Assembly (NCBI GenBank): GCA_050012475.1
Contig: JBEKHC010000014.1
Span: forward strand, 1 to 63,290
DNA length: 63,290 nucleotides
Reading direction: 5' to 3'
Source: Candidatus Velthaea sp.
GTDB lineage: Bacteria; Vulcanimicrobiota; Vulcanimicrobiia; Vulcanimicrobiales; Vulcanimicrobiaceae
Both the position numbers and the translations under genes were made by a program. Under the pieces are notes generated by a model that was not told the origin of the DNA, made no database searches, and worked only from the letters and a program-made list of their open reading frames with translations. Shown here in pieces: positions 59,092-63,290 of this stretch (positions are counted from its first letter, which is position 1; the number at the start of each line of letters is the position of its first letter).

Positions 59092-60339
59092 GTGCCGATC
59101 ACCGCCCAGGACTTCGTCGTGCTCCTGAGCATGGCGCTGTTTTTTGGTCTGGCGTTCGAGAAGTTCTTCGCCCCCGAAATCCCGCAGCGGCCGGGCGGTA
59201 TCCGCACCTTTCCGATGCTGGCCTTGGCCGGTGCCGGCTGTTACGCCCTCGCCCCGCAGAGCGGAGTCATCTTTGCCGCCGGGTTGGCGATCTTGGGGCT
59301 CTGGCTTTATGCCTACTACCGGGTCAGCGCCGCCGCTGAGCAACGCGACTTCGTCGTCCCCGTCTGCAATCTGTTGGCCTACCTGCTCGGTGCGCTCGCC
59401 GTGACCCAAGCTCCGTGGCTGGTCATCGCGGTGACGGTCGCCGCGACGATGCTGCTGGCGGGCCGCCGGCGCCTGCACGAGATCGCGCAAACGGTGCCGC
59501 TCGAAGAAATCTTCACGGCGGGGCAGTTCCTGCTGCTCGTGGGCGTCGCGCTGCCGCTGTTTCCCGACGTTCCCTTCGCCGGATTGCGCGAACTGTCGCC
59601 GCACCGCGTGTTGCTGGCCGTCATCGCCGTCTCGACCCTCTCGTACGCCAGTTATCTCCTGACCCGATACGTCCGGCCCAAGGGCGCGACCCTGCTGGCC
59701 GCTGTTCTGGGCGGCTTGTATTCCTCGACCGCGACGACGGTCGTGCTCGCCCGGCGCAGCCGCGACGGTCAGGCGCCGGCCGACGTTGCGGCGGGCATCG
59801 TGCTGGCCACCGCCTTCATGTACATCCGGCTGCTCGTCATCATCGTGATTTTCGATGCGGCGCTGGGCCGCGTGCTGCTGGTGCCGCTGCTGAGCTTCTT
59901 CGCCGCCGGCTGCGCGGCGGCGTGGATCGTTTACCGCGCCGCAAGCGAACGGCGAACCGCGGATATTCCAGCCGAGGAGAAAGCACCGACGAACCCGCTG
60001 CAGGTCGGCGCGGCCGTCCTGTTCGCCGTTTTGTTCATCGCGGTCACGTTTGCGACGCACGCGGCCCAAGGCCGGTTCGGACGCTCGGGCCTCGACGCCC
60101 TGGCCGCGCTCGTCGGCTTCACCGACATCGACCCATTCGTGCTGAGCATTGCTCAGGGCAACGCTGGTCCGCTGCCCGCGGTCGCCCAGGCCATCCTCAT
60201 CGCGGTTTCTTCGAACAACTTGCTCAAAGCCGCGTACGCGTTCATCTTCGGCGCCGGCCGCGGAATGCGGCGCCCGATGCTCGCGCTCATCGCGTTAGCC
60301 GCCGCCGGCCTCGCCGCGGCCGTCATCGTCGGGCGTTAG
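59092..60339 (+). CDS. MgtC/SapB + DUF4010 polytopic membrane protein
   Basis: GGIRTFPML, GGLYSSTATT, VGFTDIDPF, SNNLLK. Confidence 0.88.
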   Translation: MPITAQDFVVLLSMALFFGLAFEKFFAPEIPQRPGGIRTFPMLALAGAGCYALAPQSGVIFAAGLAILGLWLYAYYRVSAAAEQRDFVVPVCNLLAYLLGALAVTQAPWLVIAVTVAATMLLAGRRRLHEIAQTVPLEEIFTAGQFLLLVGVALPLFPDVPFAGLRELSPHRVLLAVIAVSTLSYASYLLTRYVRPKGATLLAAVLGGLYSSTATTVVLARRSRDGQAPADVAAGIVLATAFMYIRLLVIIVIFDAALGRVLLVPLLSFFAAGCAAAWIVYRAASERRTADIPAEEKAPTNPLQVGAAVLFAVLFIAVTFATHAAQGRFGRSGLDALAALVGFTDIDPFVLSIAQGNAGPLPAVAQAILIAVSSNNLLKAAYAFIFGAGRGMRRPMLALIALAAAGLAAAVIVGR

Positions 60340-60341
60340 CG

Positions 60342-60926
60342 CTAACTGCAGACCGGCCGGCCCGGCAGGTGCAGGCAATATTCCCCGGGCTTGGCGCCCA
60401 AGTGGACGCGGCCCCCGCGGCTCTCGAGCGCCGGCGCCATCGCATCGAGGTGCGCGGCTGCCAGCTGCCAGTCGCCCAAGGCGGTCGCGGTCAAACGGAC
60501 CACCGCGCCGGAGCCGGCCGCGATGCGAATCGACGACCGGGGCGGCAACGCCGAGAGCAACGCGTGCAGGGCTTCTTCGACCGCTTCGTGCATCGCGAGC
60601 GCGTGGCCGCGTAAAATTCCGCACGGACTCATTCGCCGGTCGGATCCCGTCACGAGCAGCCGAACGTCACCAGCGGACGAGGCCACCTCCAGCTCATCGG
60701 CAACCGAACGGACCAAGTCTTCGATATCGACGACTTGGTCGTCGGCCGGAGTCTGATCCCAATCGTACTTGGAAACGGTCGCAACGATGCTCTTCACGTC
60801 CTCGAGGGCGCGCACGAGGCCTTGTAAATTGCTCTTGTCAGTCGGCAGTTTTCCATCGAGCATCGCGGTCGCGGTGAGCACAGCCGTCGTCAAGCGATTG
60901 CGCAATTCGTGGATTTGGGTCGTCAC
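60342..60926 (-). CDS. Histidine-kinase-like protein with DHp domain and degenerate ATPase domain
   Basis: IHELRNRL H-box; C-terminal part keeps HATPase-like spacing but lacks the N and G boxes; start uncertain (60926-61016). Confidence 0.7.
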   Translation of the reverse strand: MTTQIHELRNRLTTAVLTATAMLDGKLPTDKSNLQGLVRALEDVKSIVATVSKYDWDQTPADDQVVDIEDLVRSVADELEVASSAGDVRLLVTGSDRRMSPCGILRGHALAMHEAVEEALHALLSALPPRSSIRIAAGSGAVVRLTATALGDWQLAAAHLDAMAPALESRGGRVHLGAKPGEYCLHLPGRPVCS

Positions 60927-60961
60927 GGCGGCCAACCATCGATCCGGTTTGTCACCGGCTA

Positions 60962-61004
60962 ACCCTACCCGGGACCTTTGACGAACGCATGAACGTTCGG
61001 CGAA
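60962..61004 (-). promoter_or_regulatory. TTCAC-like repeat promoter of the pseudo-kinase gene
   Basis: Minus strand: TTCGC-N6-TTCAT-N6-GTCAA-N10-TAGGGT. Confidence 0.5.
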
Positions 61005-61020
61005 GGCGGCCGTCACCGTC

Positions 61021-61725
61021 CTACTGCGCGAACTTGTACCCGACGCCTTGCACGGTAAGGATGTAGCGCGGCCGGTTGGGATCGTCGCGAATCTTGTGCC
61101 GCAGGTTCGCGATGTGCTTATCGAGCGTGCGGTCGAAAACGTCGGCCGAATCGGCGTTGACCGTGTCCAAGAGTTGAGCTCGCGTCAGCGCCGCTCCCGC
61201 GTTGCGCAAGAGCACGTCGAGGATCCGATACTCCATCGGCGTGAGTTTGACCGGCGTGCCTTTGAGCCGAATCTCGTGCCCGGTCCGATCGATCTCCAAA
61301 TCGCCGATCCGCTGCAGATCGTGCTCGACGCGCATCACCGACGGCCGCCGTTCGACGCGATTGATGATGTTCTTCACCCGCGCCACGACCTCGCGCGGAT
61401 TGAAGGGCTTGGAAATGTAGTCGTCGGCGCCGAGCTCGAGCCCGACGACGCGATCGATCGCGTCGTCGCGCGAAGTGACCATCAAAATCGGAACGTCGGA
61501 AACTTTACGCACCGCTTTGAAAATCTCGACGCCCGAGATCGTCGGCAAGTTCAAGTCGAGCAGAATGACGTCGAATGTTTCGCTTAGCGCCCGCCGCATC
61601 GCTTCGGCGCCGTCGAACACGCCGGTAACGGCAAAGCCTTCGTCGCTCAGATAGCTCGAGAGAACCTCGACGATCTTCTGTTCGTCATCGATGATAAGCG
61701 CACGTCGCTGCCTAAGCGTTTCCAT
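61021..61725 (-). CDS. OmpR/PhoB-family response regulator
   Basis: IIDDE, LLDLNLP, GADDYISKPF, LTPMEY, RTLDKHIANLRHKI, TVQGVGYKF; GGAG RBS. Confidence 0.95.
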   Translation of the reverse strand: METLRQRRALIIDDEQKIVEVLSSYLSDEGFAVTGVFDGAEAMRRALSETFDVILLDLNLPTISGVEIFKAVRKVSDVPILMVTSRDDAIDRVVGLELGADDYISKPFNPREVVARVKNIINRVERRPSVMRVEHDLQRIGDLEIDRTGHEIRLKGTPVKLTPMEYRILDVLLRNAGAALTRAQLLDTVNADSADVFDRTLDKHIANLRHKIRDDPNRPRYILTVQGVGYKFAQ

Positions 61726-61926
61726 GGCTCCGAAGGTTGTTCGCCCGCAGCGCAAAGCTTTCCCATCCGGCTTGCCGGGCCGTGCAATGAGCGCGCCGCC
61801 ACGGAATCGGCCGCGCGACCCGTCCGGCTCGCCAGGCGCGCGCCCTGAGTCGCTTGCCCACACTGGGCAAGCGACTCCCCGAAACGATGGCATGCGCCGA
61901 CGTTACGCGCCAAGAAGGAGAGGCGC

Positions 61927-63290
61927 GTGAATAAGACGCTGCACGATATGCGCAACGACTTGGCAGTGGCGATCGCCAGCTTGGAAGCCTTCATCGACGG
62001 CAAGCTCGAGCCCAATCACAAGAATTTCGGCGATATCCTCGAGGCCCTGGGCCATCTGGACGGCCTCATCTCGACCCTGCGAACGCCTCCGCCGGCAGTC
62101 AGCCTTCCGCCGCGGGGCGACCTGTTCAACCTCGTCGTCGAGGCCGCGCCCAGTGCGATGGTGCTGGTGAACGAACGCGGGCGCATCACGCTCGTCAACG
62201 TTCAGACCGAGAAGCTCTTCGGCTACGAGCGCGCCGAGCTGCTCGGCGAGTCGATCGAAACGCTGGTTCCCGAGCGGTTCCGGACCGGACATGCCGGGCT
62301 GCGCAGTTTCTTCAACGAGGCGGCGGTGGCGCGCCCGATGGGCGCCGGGCGCGATCTCTACGCGCGGCATAAGGACGGCAGCGAAATCCCGGTCGAGATC
62401 GGGCTCAACCCGATTCAGACCGGCGGCGCGACCCTGACGCTCGCCGCGATCACGGACATCACCGAGCGCAAGCGGGCCGAAGAGCTGCGCCTGCTGCACG
62501 CCGGCGTGCAGCAACATGCCAGTGAGCTCGAAGAGCTCAACCGCGAACTGGCGAGCGCATCGCGGTTCAAAACGCAGTTCGTGGCCACCATGAGTCACGA
62601 ACTGCGCACGCCGCTCACCGCAATCATCGGCGCGGCCGAACTCTTGGGCAAGGCCAAGCTCGAGGAGCGCGAGCAGATCAGCGTGCAAACCATCAACGAG
62701 GCGGCGGAAGCCTTGTTTGCGCTCATCAACAGCATCCTCGATTTCTCGAAGATCGAAGCCGGAAAGATCGATCTGCATCCGACGATCTTCGAGATCGAAA
62801 CGGTGCTCGAAGGGGCCGCCGATGTCGTCGCACAGCTGGCCCGCGACAAGGGCGTGACGCTCCACGCCTATGTCGATCCGATCATTCCGCCCGTCGAAGG
62901 CGACGCCGACCGGCTGCGTCAGATCCTGTTGAACTTGCTGGGCAACGCGGTGAAATTCACCGAACGCGGCCGCGTCGTCGCGCGGGTCGTTCCGCTCGAG
63001 ATTTTTCGCAGCGACGTCGTGCTGCGTTTCGAGGTCCAGGACACCGGGATCGGCATCGCTGCGGCCGTGCTGCCGCAATTGTTCGAACCGTTCGCGCAGG
63101 CCGACGGGCTGACAGCGCGGCGCTTCGGCGGCACGGGCCTGGGACTCTCGATCTCCAAACGGCTGGTCGAATTGATGGGCGGAGAGATCGGCGCGCAGAG
63201 CATCGACGGCGATGGTTCGTTGTTTTGGTTTACGGCGCGTTTCGCCCGCGCTCCGGTTTTGCCAGCCGTGCAGGAACGCCGGCTCAACGG
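61927..63290 (+). CDS. Sensor histidine kinase: extra N-terminal DHp-like domain, FixL-like PAS, HisKA, HATPase (truncated by window end)
   Basis: Not in the ORF track; manual translation from GTG 61927 after AAGGAGAGG: LHDMRNDL..., PAS (LFGYERAELLGESIETLVPERFRTGH...MGAGR...KDGS), MSHELRTPL, NLLGNAVKF, DTGIG, GGTGLGL. Confidence 0.9.
   Translation, partial: MNKTLHDMRNDLAVAIASLEAFIDGKLEPNHKNFGDILEALGHLDGLISTLRTPPPAVSLPPRGDLFNLVVEAAPSAMVLVNERGRITLVNVQTEKLFGYERAELLGESIETLVPERFRTGHAGLRSFFNEAAVARPMGAGRDLYARHKDGSEIPVEIGLNPIQTGGATLTLAAITDITERKRAEELRLLHAGVQQHASELEELNRELASASRFKTQFVATMSHELRTPLTAIIGAAELLGKAKLEEREQISVQTINEAAEALFALINSILDFSKIEAGKIDLHPTIFEIETVLEGAADVVAQLARDKGVTLHAYVDPIIPPVEGDADRLRQILLNLLGNAVKFTERGRVVARVVPLEIFRSDVVLRFEVQDTGIGIAAAVLPQLFEPFAQADGLTARRFGGTGLGLSISKRLVELMGGEIGAQSIDGDGSLFWFTARFARAPVLPAVQERRLN

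Noticed and set aside
59071..59102. TTGAC-N6-TTCAC as another regulon promoter
   Set aside because: The repeat spacing fits, but no TAnnnT follows at 10-11 nt and it abuts the probable start codon.
57663..59207. 514-aa minus-strand ORF
   Set aside because: Antisense to the USP gene and runs through a tandem repeat; no motifs.

Overview
GC-rich bacterial chromosomal segment, densely coding. I see no rRNA, tRNA, CRISPR array, transposase or prophage genes. Several small proteins and a propeller lipoprotein look like Eremiobacterota/Vulcanimicrobiota, but that is an unverified impression. Positions 0.9-32.5 kb form a very large polyhydroxyalkanoate (PHA) cluster: BktB thiolase, two Pseudomonas-like class II PhaC synthases, a phasin, two mcl-type PhaZ, an scl-type intracellular PhaZ, two further Cys-nucleophile hydrolases, a PhaB-like reductase, acyl-CoA dehydrogenase, ADH, Pat-type ligase/acetyltransferase, ABC1 kinase and BKACE. 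A Tat-exported [NiFe]-hydrogenase operon is embedded in this cluster. Positions 33-63 kb carry zwf, hemE-F-H-Y with a divergent radical SAM/SPASM gene, a bacteriophytochrome plus REC-GAF-GAF-PP2C, trehalase, two tandem USPs, phosphoketolase, CDF and MgtC/DUF4010 membrane proteins, and a signalling triad (pseudo-kinase, OmpR-type regulator, and a kinase with two DHp-like domains and a FixL-like PAS). The main hidden signal is a recurring promoter architecture, TTCAC-like direct repeats on an 11-bp period ending 10-11 bp before a TAnnnT -10 box, seen at about ten sites. It suggests an OmpR-family, possibly hypoxia-linked regulon encoded in the same island. Also noted: a ~105-bp palindromic MITE-like element in three copies whose ends or interior supply stop codons, a second 163-bp palindromic element, and two genes whose family-like N-termini seem to need a non-AUG (ATC/ATT) start.
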